From Eledone cirrhosa (Eukaryota), in NCBI GenBank assembly GCA_964016885.1, contig OZ024745.1, positions 42,222,001 through 42,286,000 of the forward strand: 64,000 nt of DNA, written 5' to 3'. Below the pieces are notes generated by a model. It ran no database searches. It was not told the DNA's origin and was given only the letters and a program-made list of their open reading frames with translations. This document shows positions 50,651-64,000 of this stretch, one piece after another. The position numbers and the translations under genes were made by a program. The first letter of the stretch is position 1. Each line of letters starts with the position of its first letter.

Positions 50651-53600
50651 CAGAGTGACTCCTGGCTTCTGTGAACTATAGTCTCACCTTATTGCAGATG
50701 AATAGATGCCTAGACAATAGAATGCAGAGTGACTCCTGGCTTCAGTGAAGTATAGTCTAACCATTGTTGCAGATGACTAGATGACTAGGCAATAGAATGC
50801 AGAGTGACTCCTGGCTTCAGTGAACTATAGGCTCACCTTATTGCAGAGATGACTAGATGACTAAGCAAAAGAATGCAGAGTGACTGCTGGCTTCAGTGAA
50901 CTATAGTCTCACCTTATTGCAGATGACTAGATGTCTAGGCAATAGAATACAGAGGGACTCCTGGCTTCATTGAACTATAGTCTCAGCTTATTGCGGATGA
51001 CTAGATGACTAGGCAATAGAATGCAGAGTGACTCCTGACTTCAGTGAACTATAGTCTCACCTTATTGCAGATGACTAGATGACTAGGCAAAAGAATACAG
51101 AGGGACTCCTGGCTTCAGTGAACTATAGGCTCACCTTATTGCAGATGACTAGATGACTAGGCAATAGATTGCAGAGTGACTCCTGGCTTCAGTGCACTAT
51201 AGGCTCACCTTATTGCAGATGACTAGATGACTAGGCAATAGAATGCAGTGTGACTCCTGGCTTCAGTGAACTATAGTCTCACCTTATTGCAGAAGACTAG
51301 ATGACTAGGCAAAAGAATGCAGAGTGACTCCTGGCTTCAGTGAACTATAGTCTCACCTTATTGCAGATGACTAGAAGACTAGGCAATAGAATGCAAAGTG
51401 ACTCCTGGCTTTTGTGAACTGTAGTCTAACCATTGTTGCAGATGATTAGATGACTAGGCAATAGAATGCAGAGTGACTCCTGGCTTCGTTGAAGTATAGT
51501 CTAACCATTGTTGCAGATGACTTGATGACTAGGCAATACAATGCAGAGTGACTCCTGGCTTCAGGGAAGTATAGTCTCACCTTATTGCAGATGACTAGAT
51601 GATTAGGCAATAGAATGCAGAGTGACTCCTGGCTTCAGTGAACTATAGTGTCACCTTATTGCAGATGATTAGATGACTACGCAATAGAATGCAGAGTGAC
51701 TCCTGGCTTCAGTGCACTATAGGCTCACCTTATTGCAGATGACTAGATGACTAGGCAATAGAATGCAGTGTGACTCCTGGCTTCAGTGAACTATAGTCTC
51801 ACCTTATTGCAGATGACTAGATGACAAGGCAAAAGAATGCAGAGTGACTCCTGGCTTCAGTGAACTATAGTCTCACCTTATTGCAGATGACTAGAAGACT
51901 AGGCAATAGAATGCAAAGTGACTCCTGGCTTTTGTGAACTGTAGTCTAACCATTGTTGCAGATGATTAGATGACTAGGCAATAGAATGCAGAGTGACTCC
52001 TGGCTTCGTTGAAGTATAGTCTAACCATTGTTGCAGATGACTTGATGACTAGTAAATACAATGCAGAGCGACTCCTGGCTTCATGGAAGTATAGTCTCAC
52101 CTTATTGCAGATGACTAGATGATTAGGCAATAGAATGCAGAGTGACTCCTGGCTTCAGTGAAGTATAGTCTAACCATTGTTGCAATAGAAGTATAGTCTA
52201 ACCATTGTTGCAGATGACTAGATGGCTAGGCAATAGAATGCAGAGTGACTAGGCAATAGAATGTAGAATGACTCCTGGCTTCTGTGAACTATAGTCCCAC
52301 CTTATTGCAGATGACTAGATTAACGCAATAGAATGCAGAGTGACTCCTGGCTTCAGTGAACTATAGTCTCACATTATTGCAGATGACTAGAAGACTAGGC
52401 AATAGAATGCAGAGTGACTCCTGGCTTCTGTGAACTGTAGTATAACCATTGTTGCAGATGACTAGATGACTAGGCAATAGAATGCAGAGTGACTCCTGGC
52501 TTCAGTGGAGTATAGTCTAACCATCTTTGCAGATGACTAGATGACTAGGCAATAGAATGCAGAGTGACTCCTGGCTTCAGTGAACTATAGGCTCACCTTA
52601 TTGCAGATGACTAGATGACTAAGCAAAAGAATGCAGAGTGACTGCTGGCTTCAGTGAACTATAGTCTCACCTTATTGCAGATGACTAGATGACTAGGTAA
52701 TAGAATACAGAGGGACTCCTGGCTTCAGTGAACTATAGTCTCAGCTTATTGCGGAATGACTAGATGACTAGGCAATAGAATGCAGAGTGACTCCTGACTT
52801 CAATTAACTATAGACTCACCTTATTGCAGATGATTAGATGACTAGGCAAAAGAATGCAGAGTGACTCCGGGTTTCAATGAACTATAGTCTCACCTTATTG
52901 CAGATGACTAGATGACTAGGCAATAGAATGCAGTGACTCCTGGCTTTAGTGAAGTATAGTCTAACCGTTGTTGCAGATGATTAGATGACTAGGCAATAGA
53001 TTGCAGAGTGACTGCGGGTTTCAGTGAACTATAGTCTCACATTATTGCAGATGACTAGAAGACTAGGCAATAGAATGCAGAGTGACTCCTGTCTTCTGTG
53101 AACTGTAGTCTAACCATTGTTGCAGATGACTAGATGACTAGGCAATAGAATGCAGAGTGACTCCTGGCTTCAGTGAACTATAGTCTCACCTTATTGCAGA
53201 TGACTAGATGACTAGGCAATAGAATGCAGAGTGACTCCTGGCTTCAGTGAAGTATAGTCTAACCATTGTTGCAGATGAATAGATGACTAGGCAATAGAAT
53301 GCAGAGGGACTCCTGGCTTCAGTGAACTATAGTCTCACCTTATTGCAGATGACTAGATGACTAGGCAATAGAATGCAGAGTGACTCCTGGCTTCGGTAAA
53401 GTATAGTCTAACCTTTGTTGCAGATGACCAGATGACTAGGCAATAGAATGCAGAGTGACTCCTGGCTTCAGTGAACTATAGTCTCACCTTATTGCAGATG
53501 ACTAGATGACTAGGCAATAGAATGCAGAGTGACTCCTGGCTTCAGTGAAGTATAGTCTAACCATTGTTGCAGATGACTAGATGACTAGGCAATAGAATGC

Positions 53601-56600
53601 AGTGACTCCTGGCTTCAGTGAAGTATAGTCTAACCATTGTTGCAGATGACTAGATGACTAGGCAATAGAATGCAGAATGACTCCTGGCTTCAGTGAACTA
53701 TAGTCTCAACTTATTGCAGATGACTAGATGACTAGGCAATAGAATGGAGAGTGACTCCTGGCTTCTGTGAACTGTAGTCTAATCATTGTTGCAGATGACT
53801 AGATGACTAGTCAATAGATTGCAGAGTGACTGCGGGCTTCAGTGAAGTATAGTTTCACCTTATTGCAGATGACTAGATGACAAGGCAAAAGAATGCGGAG
53901 TGACTCCGGTTTTCAATGAACTATAGTCTCACATTATTGCAGATGACTAGATGACTAGGCAATAGAATGCAGTGACTCCTGGCTTCAGTGAAGTATAGTC
54001 TAACCATTGTTTCAGATGACTAAATGACTAGGCAATAGAATGCAGAATGACTCCTGGCTTCTGTGAACTATATTCCCACCTTATTGCAGATGACTAGATT
54101 ACTACGCAATAGAATGCAGAGTGAACTATAGTCTCACATTATTGCAGATGACTAGAAGACTAGGCAATAGAATGCAGAGTGACTCATGGCTTCAGTGAAC
54201 TGTAGTATAATCATTGTTGCAGATGACTAGATGACTAGGCAATAGATTGCAGAGTGACTCCGGGTTCAGTGAACTATAGTCTCACCTTATTTCAGATGAC
54301 TAGATGACTAGGCAATAGAATGCAGAGTGACTCCTGGCTTCAGTGAACTATAGGCTCACCTTATTGCAGATGACTAGATGACTAGGCAATAGAATGCAGA
54401 GTGACTCCTGGCTTCTGTGAACTATAGTCTCACCTTATTGCAGATGAATAGATGCCTAGGCAATAGAATGCAGAGTGACTCCTGGCTTCAGTGAAGTATA
54501 GTCTAACCATTGTTGCAGATGACTAGATGACTAGGCAATAGATTGCAGAGTGACTCCTGGCTTCAGTGAAGTATAGTCTAACCATTGTTGCAGATGACTA
54601 GATGACTAGGCAATAGAATGCAGAGTGACTCCTGGCTTCAGTGAACTATAGGCTCACCTTATTGCAGATGACTAGATGACTAAGCAAAAGAATGCAGAGT
54701 GACTGCTGGCTTCAGTGAACTATAGTCTCACCTTATTGCAGATGACTAGATGTCTAGGCAATAGAATACAGAGGGACTCCTGGCTTCATTGAACTATAGT
54801 CTCAGCTTATTGCGGATGACTAGATGACTAGGCAATAGAATGCAGAGTGACCCCTGACTTCAGTGAACTATAGTCTCACCTTATTGCAGATGACTAGATG
54901 ACTAGGCAAAAGAATGCAGAGTGACTCCGGGTTTCAATGAACTATAGTTTCACCTTATTGCAGATGACTAGATGACTAGGCAATAGAATGCAGTGACTCC
55001 TGGCTTCAGTGAAGTATAGTCTAAACATTGTTGCAGATGACTAGATGACTAGGCAATAGATTGCAGAGTGACTCCTGGCTTCAGTGCACTATAGGCTCAC
55101 CTTATTGCAGATGACTAGATGACTAGGCAATAGAATGCAGTGTGACTCCTGGCTTCAGTGAACTATAGTCTCACCTTATTGCAGAAGACTAGATGACTAG
55201 GCAAAAGAATGCAAAGTGACTCCTGGCTTCAGTGAACTATGGTCTCACCTTATTGCAGATGACTAGAAGACTAGGCAATAGAATGCAAAGTGACTCCTGG
55301 CTTTTGTGAACTGTAGTCTAACCATTGTTGCAGATGATTAGATGACTAGGCAATAGAATGCAGAGTGACTCCTGGCTTCGTTGAAGTATAGTCTAACCAT
55401 TGTTGCAGATGACTTGATGACTAGGCAATACAATGCAGAGTGACTCCTGGCTTCATGGAAGTATAGTCTCACCTTATTGCAGATGACTAGATGATTAAGC
55501 AATAGAATGCAGAGTGACTCCTGGCTTCAGTGAACTATAGTGTCACCTTATTGCAGATGACTAGATGACTAGGCAATAGAATGCAGAGTGACTCCTGGCT
55601 TCAGTGCACTATAGGCTCACCTTATTGCAGATGACTAGATGACTAGGCAATAGAATGCAGTGTGACTCCTGGCTTCAGTGAACTATAGTCTCACCTTATT
55701 GCAGATGACTAGATGACTAGGCAAAAGAATGCAGAGTGACTCCTGGCTTCAGTGAACTATAGTCTCACCTTATTGCAGATGACTAGAAGACTAGGCAATA
55801 GAATGCAAAGTGACTCCTGGCTTTTGTGAACTGTAGTCTAACCATTGTTGCAGATGATTAGATGACTAGGCAATAGAATGCAGAGTGACTCCTGGCTTCG
55901 TTGAAGTATAGTCTAACCATTGTTGCAGATGACTTGATGACTAGTAAATACAATGCAGAGTGACTCCTGGCTTCAGGGAATTATAGTCTCACCTTATTGC
56001 AGATGACTAGATGATTAGGCAATAGAATGCAGAGTGACTCCTGGCTTCAGTGAAGTATAGTCTAACCATTGTTGCAATAGAAGTATAGTCTAATCATTGT
56101 TGCAGATGACTAGATGGCTAGGCAATAGAATGCAGAATGACTAGGCAATAGAATGCAGAATGACTCCTGGCTTCTGTGAACTATAGTCCCACCTTATTGC
56201 AGATGACTAGATTAACGCAATAGAATGCAGAGTGACTCCTGGCTTCAGTGAACTATAGTCTCACATTATTGCAGATGACTAGAAGACTAGGCAATAGAAT
56301 GCAGAGTGACTCCTGGCTTCTGTGAACTGTAGTATAACCATTGTTGCAGATGACTAGATGACTAGGCAATAGATTGCAGAGTGACTCCGGGTTCAGTGAA
56401 GTATAGTCTCACCTTATTGCAGATGACTAGATGACTAGGCAATAGAATGCAGAGTGACTCCTGGCTACAGTGAACTATAGTCTCACCTTATTGCAGATGA
56501 CTAGATGACTAGGCAATAGAATGCAGAGGGACTCCTGGCTTCAGTGAACTATAGTCTCACCTTATTGCAGATGACTAGATGACTAGGCAATAGAATGCAG

Positions 56601-59479
56601 AATGACTCCTTGCTTCAGTGAAGTATAGTCTAACCATTGTTGCAGATGACTAGATGGCTAGGCAATAGAATGCAGAGTGACTCCTGGCTTCTGTGAACTA
56701 TAGTCTCACCTTATTGCAGATGACTAGATGACTAGGCAATAGAATGCAGAGTGACTCCTGGCTTCAGTGGAGTATAGTCTAACCATCTTTGCAGATGACT
56801 AGATGACTAGGCAATAGAATGCAGAGTGACTCCTGGCTTCAGTGAACTATAGGCTCACCTTATTGCAGATGACTAGATGACTAAGCAAAAGAATGCAGAG
56901 TGACTGCTGGCTTCAGTGAACTATAGTCTCACCTTATTGCAGAGAACTAGATGACTAGGTAATAGAATATAGAGGGACTCCTGGCTTCAGTGAATTATAG
57001 TCTCAGCTTATTGCGGAATGACTAGATGACTAGGCAATAGAATGCAGAGTGACTCCTGACTTCAATTAACTATAGACTCACCTTATTGCAGATGATTAGA
57101 TGACTAGGCAAAAGAATGCAGAGTGACTCCGGGTTTCAATGAACTATAGTCTCACCTTATTGCAGATGACTAGATGACTAGGCAATAGAATGCAGTGACT
57201 CCTGGCTTCAGTGATGTATAGTCTAACCATTGTTGCAGATGACTAGATGACTAGGCAATAGATTGCAGAGTGACTGCGGGTTTCAGTGAACTATAGTCTC
57301 ACCTTATTGCAGATGACTAGATGACTAGGCAATAGAATGCAGAGTAAATCCTGGTTTCAGTGAACTATAGTCTAACCATTGTTGAAGATGACTAGATGAC
57401 TAGGCATAGAATGCAGAGAGACTCCTGGCTTCTGTGAACTATAGGCTCACCTTATTGCAGATGACTAGATTACTACGCAATAGAATGCAGAGTGACTCCT
57501 GGCTTCAGTGAACTATAGTCTCACATTATTGCAGATGACTAGAAGACTAGGCAATAGAATGCAGAGTGACTCCTGGCTTCTGTGAACTGTAGTCTAACCA
57601 TTGTTGCAGATGACTAGATGACTAGGCAATAGAATGCAGAGTGACTCCTGGCTTCGGTGAAGTATAGTCTAACCTTTGTTGCAGATGACTAGATGACTAG
57701 GCAATAGAATGCAGAGTGACTCCTGGCTTCAGTGAACTATAGTCTCACCTTATTGCAGATGACTAGATGACTAGGCAATAGAATGCAGAGTGACTCCTGG
57801 CTTCAGTGAAGTATAGTCTAACCATTGTTGCAGATGAATAGATGACTAGGCAATAGAATGCAGAGGGACTCCTGGCTTCAGTGAACTATAGTCTCACCTT
57901 ATTGCAGATGACTAGATGACTAGGCAATAGAATGCAGAGTGACTCCTGGCTTCGGTAAAGTATAGTCTAATCTTTGTTGCAGATGACCAGATGACTAGGC
58001 AATAGAATGCAGAGTGACTCCTGGTTTCAGTGAACTATAGTCTCACCTTATTGCAGATGACTAGATGACTAGGCAATAGAATGCAGAGTGACTCCTGGCT
58101 TCAGTGACGTATAGTCTAACCATTGTTGCAGATGACTAGATGACTAGGCAATAGAATGCAGTGACTCCTGGCTTCAGTGAAGTATAGTCTAACCATTGTT
58201 GCAGATGACTAGATGACTAGGCAATAGAATGCAGAATGACTCCTGGCTTCAGTGAACTATAGTCTCAACTTATTGCAGATGACTAGATGACTAGGCAATA
58301 GAATGGAGAGTGACTCCTGGCTTCTGTGAACTGTAGTCTAATCATTGTTGCAGATGACTAGATGACTAGGCAATAGATTGCAGAGTGACTGCGGGCTTCA
58401 GTGAAGTATAGTCTCACCTTATTGCAGATGACTAGATGACAAGGCAAAAGAATGCGGAGTGACTCCGGTTTTCAATGAACTATAGTCTCACATTATTGCA
58501 GATGACTAGATGACTAGGCAATAGAATGCAGTGACTCCTGGCTTCAGTGAAGTATAGTCTAACCATTGTTTCAGATGACTAAATGACTAGGCAATAGAAT
58601 GCAGTCTGACTCCTGGCTTCTGTGAAATATATTCCCACCTTATTGCAGATGACTAGATTACTACGCAATAGAATGCAGAGTGACTCCAGGCTTCAGTGAA
58701 CTATAGTCTCACATTATTGCAGATGACTAGAAGACTACGCAATAGAATGCAGAGTGACTCATGGCTTCTGTGAACTGTAGTATAATCATTGTTGCAGATG
58801 ACTAGATGACTAGGCAATAGATTGCAGAGTGACTCCTGGCTTCAGTGAAGTATAGTCTAACCATTGTTGCAGATGACTAGATGACTAGGCAATAGATTGC
58901 AGAGTGACTCCGGGTTCAGTGAACTATAGTCTCACCTTATTTCAGATGACTAGATGACTAGGCAATAGAATGCAGAGTGACTCCTGGCTTCAGTGAACTA
59001 TAGGCTCACCTTATTGCAGATGACTAGATGACTAGGCAATAGAATGCAGAGTGACTCCTGGCTTCTGTGAACTATAGTCTCACCTTATTGCAGATGAATA
59101 GATGCCTAGGCAATAGAATGCAGAGTGACTCCTGGCTTCAGTGAAGTATAGTCTAACCATTGTTGCAGATGACTAGATGACTAGGCAATAGATTGCAGAG
59201 TGACTCCGGGTTTCAATGAACTATAGTTTCACCTTATTGCAGATGACTAGATGACTAGGCAATAGAATGCAGTGACTCCTGGCTTCAGTGATGTATAGTC
59301 TAACCATTGTTGCAGATGACTTGATGACTAGGCAATACAATGCAGAGTGACTCCTTGCTTCAGGGAAGTATAGTCTCACCTTATTGCAGATGACTAGATG
59401 ATTAGGCAATAGAATGCAGAGTGACTCCTGGCTTCAGTGAACTATAGTGTCACCTTATTGCAGATGACTAGATGACTAG

Positions 59480-62400
59480 GCAATAGAATGCAGAGTGACT
59501 CCTGGCTTCAGTGAAGTATAGTCTAACCATTGTTGCAATAGAAGTATAGTCTAACCATTGTTGCAGATGACTAGATGGCTAGGCAATAGAATGCAGAGTG
59601 ACTAGGCAATAGAATGCAGAATGACTCCTGGCTTCTGTGAACTATAGTCCCACCTTATTGCAGATGACTAGATTAACGCAATAGAATGCAGAGTGACTCC
59701 TGGCTTCAGTGAACTATAGTCTCACATTATTGCAGATGACTAGAAGACTAGGCAATAGAATGCAGAGTGACTCCTGGCTTCTGTGAACTGTAGTATAACC
59801 ATTGTTGCAGATGACTAGATGACTAGGCAATAGATTGCAGAGTGACTCCGGGTTCAGTGAAGTATAGTCTCACATTGCAGATGACTAGATGACTAGGCAA
59901 TAGAATGCAGAGTGACTCCTGGCTTCAGTGGAGTATAGTCTAACCATCTTTGCAGATGACTAGATGACTAGGCAATAGAATGCAGAGTGACTCCTGGCTT
60001 CAGTGAACTATAGGCTCACCTTATTGCAGATGACTAGATGACTAAGCAAAAGAATGCAGAGTGACTGCTGGCCTCAGTGAACTATAGACTCACCTTATTG
60101 CAGATGATTAGATGACTAGGCAAAAGAATGCAGAGTGACTCCGGGTTTCAATGAACTATAGTCTCACCTTATTGCAGATGACTAGATGACTAGGCAATAG
60201 AATGCAGTGACTCCTGGCTTCAGTGAAGTATAGTCTAACCATTGTTGCAGATGACTAGATGACTAGGCAATAGATTGCAGAGTGACTGCGGGTTTCAGTG
60301 AACTATAGTCTCACCTTATTGCAGATGACTAGATGACTAGGCAATAGAATGCAGAGTAAATCCTGGTTTCAGTGAACTATATTCTAACCATTGTTGCAGA
60401 TGACTAGATGACTAGGCATAGAATGCAGGGAGACTCCTGGCTTCTGTGAACTATAGGCTCACCTTATTGCAGATGACTAGATGACTAGGCAATAGAATGC
60501 AGAGTGACTCCTGGCTTCGGTAAAGTATAGTCTAACCTTTGTTGCAGATGACTAGATGACTAGGCAATAGAATGCAGAGTGACCCCTGGCTTCAGTGAAC
60601 TATAGTCTCACCTTATTGCAGATGACTAGATGACTAGGCAATAGAATGCAGAGTGACTCCTGGCTTCAGTGAAGTATAGTCTAACCATTGTTGCAGATGA
60701 CTAGATGACTAGGCAACAGAATGCAGAATGACTCCTGGCTTCAGTGAACTATAGTCTCAACTTATTGCAGATGACTAGATGACTAGGCAATAGAATGGAG
60801 AGTGACTCCTGGCTTCTGTGAACTGTAGTCTAATCATTGTTGCAGATGACTAGATGACTAGGCAATAGATTGCAGAGTGACTGCGGGCTTCAGTGAAGTA
60901 TAGTCTCACCTTATTGCAGATGACTAGATGACTAGGCAATAGAATGCAGAGTGACTCCTGGCTTCAGTGAAGTATAGTCTAACCATTGTTGCAGATGACT
61001 AGATGACTAGGCAATAGAATGCAGAATGACTCCTGGCTTCTGTGAAATATATTCCCACCTTATTGCAGATGACTAGATTACTACGCAATAGAATGCAGAG
61101 TGACTCCAGGCTTCAGTGAACTATAGTCTCACATTATTGCAGATGACTAGAAGACTACGCAATAGAATGCAGAGTGACTCATGGCTTCTGTGAACTGTAG
61201 TATAATCATTGTTGCAGATGACTAGATGACTAGGCAATAGATTGCAGAGTGACTCCGGGTTCAGTGAACTATAGTCTCACCTTATTTCAGATGACTAGAT
61301 GACTAGGCAATAGAATGCAGAGTGACTCCTGGCTTCAGTGAACTATAGGCTCACCTTATTGCAGATGACTAGATGACTAGGCAATAGAATGCAGAGTGAC
61401 TCCTGGCTTCTGTGAACTATAGTCTCACCTTATTGCAGATGAATAGATGCCTAGGCAATAGAATGCAGAGTGACTCCTGGCTTCAGTGAAGTATAGTCTA
61501 ACCATTGTTGCAATAGAAGTATAGTCTAACCATTGTTGCAGATGACTAGATGGCTAGGCAATAGAATGCAGAGTGACTAGGCAATAGAATGCAGAATGAC
61601 TCCTGGCTTCTGTGAACTATAGTCCCACCTTATTGCAGATGACTAGATTAACGCAATAGAATGCAGAGTGACTCCTGGCTTCAGTGAACTATAGTCTCAC
61701 ATTATTGCAGATGACTAGAAGACTAGGCAATAGAATGCAGAGTGACTCCTGGCTTCTGTGAACTGTAGTATAACCATTGTTGCAGATGACTAGATGACTA
61801 GGCAATAGATTGCAGAGTGACTCCGGGTTCAGTGAAGTATAGTCTCACATTGCAGATGACTAGATGACTAGGCAATAGAATGCAGAGTGACTCCTGGCTA
61901 CGGTGAACTATAGTCTCACCTTATTGCAGATGATTAGATGACTAGGCAATAGAATGCAGAGGGACTCCTGGCTTCAGTGAACTATAGTCTCACCTTATTG
62001 CAGCTGACTAGATGACTAGGCAATAGAATGCAGAATGACTCCTTGCTTCAGTGAAGTATAGTCTAACCATTGTTGCAGATGACTAGATGGCTAGGCAATA
62101 GAATGCAGAGTGACTCCTGGCTTCTCTGAACTATAGTCTCACCTTATTGCAGATGACTAGATGACTAGGCAATAGAATGCAGAGTGACTCCTGGCTTCAG
62201 TGGAGTATAGTCTAACCATCTTTGCAGATGACTAGATGACTAGGCAATAGAATGCAGAGTGACTCCTGGCTTCAGTGAACTATAGGCTCACCTTATTGCA
62301 GATGACTAGATGACTAAGCAAAAGAATGCAGAGTGACTGCTGGCTTCAGTGAACTATAGACTCACCTTATTGCAGATGATTAGATGACTAGGCAAAAGAA

Positions 62401-64000
62401 TGCAGAGTGACTCCGGGTTTCAATGAACTATAGTCTCACCTTATTGCAGATGACTAGATGACTAGGCAATAGAATGCAGTGACTCCTGGCTTCAGTGAAG
62501 TATAGTCTAACCATTGTTGCAGATGACTAGATGACTAGGCAATAGATTGCAGAGTGACTGCGGGTTTCAGTGAACTATAGTCTCACCTTATTGCAGATGA
62601 CTAGATGACTAGGCAATAGAATGCAGAGTAAATCCTGGTTTCAGTGAACTATATTCTAACCATTGTTGCAGATGACTAGATGACTAGGCATAGAATGCAG
62701 AGAGACTCCTGGCTTCTGTGAACTATAGGCTCACCTTATTGCAGATGACTAGATGACTAGGCAATAGAATGCAGAGTGACTCCTGGCTTCGGTAAAGTAT
62801 AGTCTAACCTTTGTTGCAGATGACTAGATGACTAGGCAATAGAATGCAGAGTGACCCCTGGCTTCAGTGAACTATAGTCTCACCTTATTGCAGATGACTA
62901 GATGACTAGGCAATAGAATGCAGAGTGACTCCTGGCTTCAGTGAAGTATAGTCTAACCATTGTTGCAGATGACTAGATGACTAGGCAATAGAATGCAGAA
63001 TGACTCCTGGCTTCAGTGAACTATAGTCTCAACTTATTGCAGATGACTAGATGACTAGGCAATAGAATGGAGAGTGACTCCTGGCTTCTGTGAACTGTAG
63101 TCTAATCATTGTTGCAGATGACTAGATGACTAGGCAATAGATTGCAGAGTGACTGCGGGCTTCAGTGAAGTATAGTCTCACCTTATTGCAGATGACTAGA
63201 TGACAAGGCAAAAGAATGCGGAGTGACTCCGGTTTTCAATGAACTATAGTCTCACATTATTGCAGATGACTAGATGACTAGGCAATAGAATGCAGTGACT
63301 CCTGGCTTCAGTGAAGTATAGTCTAACCATTGTTTCAGATGACTAAATGACTAGGCAATAGAATGCAGACTGACTCCTGGCTTCTGTGAAATATATTCCC
63401 ACCTTATTGCAGATGACTAGATTACTACGCAATAGAATGCAGAGTGACTCCAGGCTTCAGTGAACTATAGTCTCACATTATTGCAGATGACTAGAAGACT
63501 ACGCAATAGAATGCAGAGTGACTCATGCCTTCTGTGAACTGTAGTATAATCATTGTTGCAGATGACTAGATGACTAGGCAATAGATTGCAGAGTGACTCC
63601 GGGTTCAGTGAACTATAGTCTCACCTTATTTCAGATGACTAGATGACTAGGCAATAGAATGCAGAGTGACTCCTGGCTTCAGTGAACTATAGGCTCACCT
63701 TATTGCAGATGACTAGATGACTAGGCAATAGAATGCAGAGTGACTCCTGGCTTCTGTGAACTATAGTCTCACCTTATTGCAGATGAATAGATGCCTAGGC
63801 AATAGAATGCAGAGTGACTCCTGGCTTCAGTGAAGTATAGTCTAACCATTGTTGCAGATGACTAGATGACTAGGCAATAGATTGCAGAGTGACTCCGGGT
63901 TTCAATGAACTATAGTTTCACCTTATTGCAGATGACTAGATGACTAGGCAATAGAATGCAGTGACTCCTGGCTTCAGTGAAGTATAGTCTAACCATTGTT
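59480..64000. repeat. Imperfect tandem duplication (offset 1975 shifting to 2272 bp) with whole-monomer deletions in the first copy
   Basis: CACATTGCAG (3-bp deletion) at 59871/61846 and GACCCCTGG at 60581/62853. The 297-bp change in offset equals 4 monomers. Confidence 0.75.

Larger units (their letters stand above)
1..64000. repeat. Tandem satellite DNA array, 74/75-bp monomer, ~860 head-to-tail copies, running off both window ends
   Basis: The same unit recurs continuously (e.g. AGATGA at 481 and 555, spacing 74). I saw no unique sequence, inversion or insertion anywhere. The 74-bp (TCTCACCTTATTGC) and 75-bp (TCTAACCATTGTTGC) subtypes are interspersed. Confidence 0.99.

Noticed and set aside
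59221-59409. 62-aa minus-strand ORF
   Set aside because: Same repeat read-through, with an internal frame change visible in the peptide and no gene context.
1-64000. CRISPR array (period of ~74 bp is in the repeat+spacer range)
   Set aside because: There are no unique spacers because the whole unit is repeated, and there is no leader or cas gene.
1-64000. Pure sequencing or rolling-circle concatemer artefact
   Set aside because: Variants are structured, linked and inherited in nested blocks rather than random. Exact block copy numbers could still be misassembled.
1-64000. Embedded transposon, inversion or telomeric repeat
   Set aside because: No non-satellite or reverse-orientation segment was seen on reading through, although a very short one could have been missed.

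Overview
The whole 64 kb window is one uninterrupted head-to-tail tandem array (satellite DNA) of a 74/75-bp monomer, about 860 copies (64000/74.3), all in the same orientation. I found no gene, RNA gene, CRISPR array or transposon. Consensus type A (74 bp, ~43% GC, no CpG) is GTGACTCCTGGCTTCAGTGAACTATAGTCTCACCTTATTGCAGATGACTAGATGACTAGGCAATAGAATGCAGA. Type B (75 bp) has TCTAACCATTGTTGC in place of TCTCACCTTATTGC. Diagnostic variants show nested higher-order repeats: 24/18/19/27-mer units at 0.4-10.5 kb and tandem duplications with periods 2822, 2004, 5069, 6763 and about 2000-2270 bp. The variant repertoire changes at about 22.9 kb, where a recurring microhomology-deleted cassette first appears (13 copies). 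The pattern fits eukaryotic (peri)centromeric or heterochromatic satellite DNA, but I do not recognise the family or the organism. The most speculative lead is a degenerate resemblance to hammerhead-ribozyme core motifs. The three supplied ORFs are chance read-throughs of the repeat. Periods were counted by hand from marker variants, and block boundaries are approximate.
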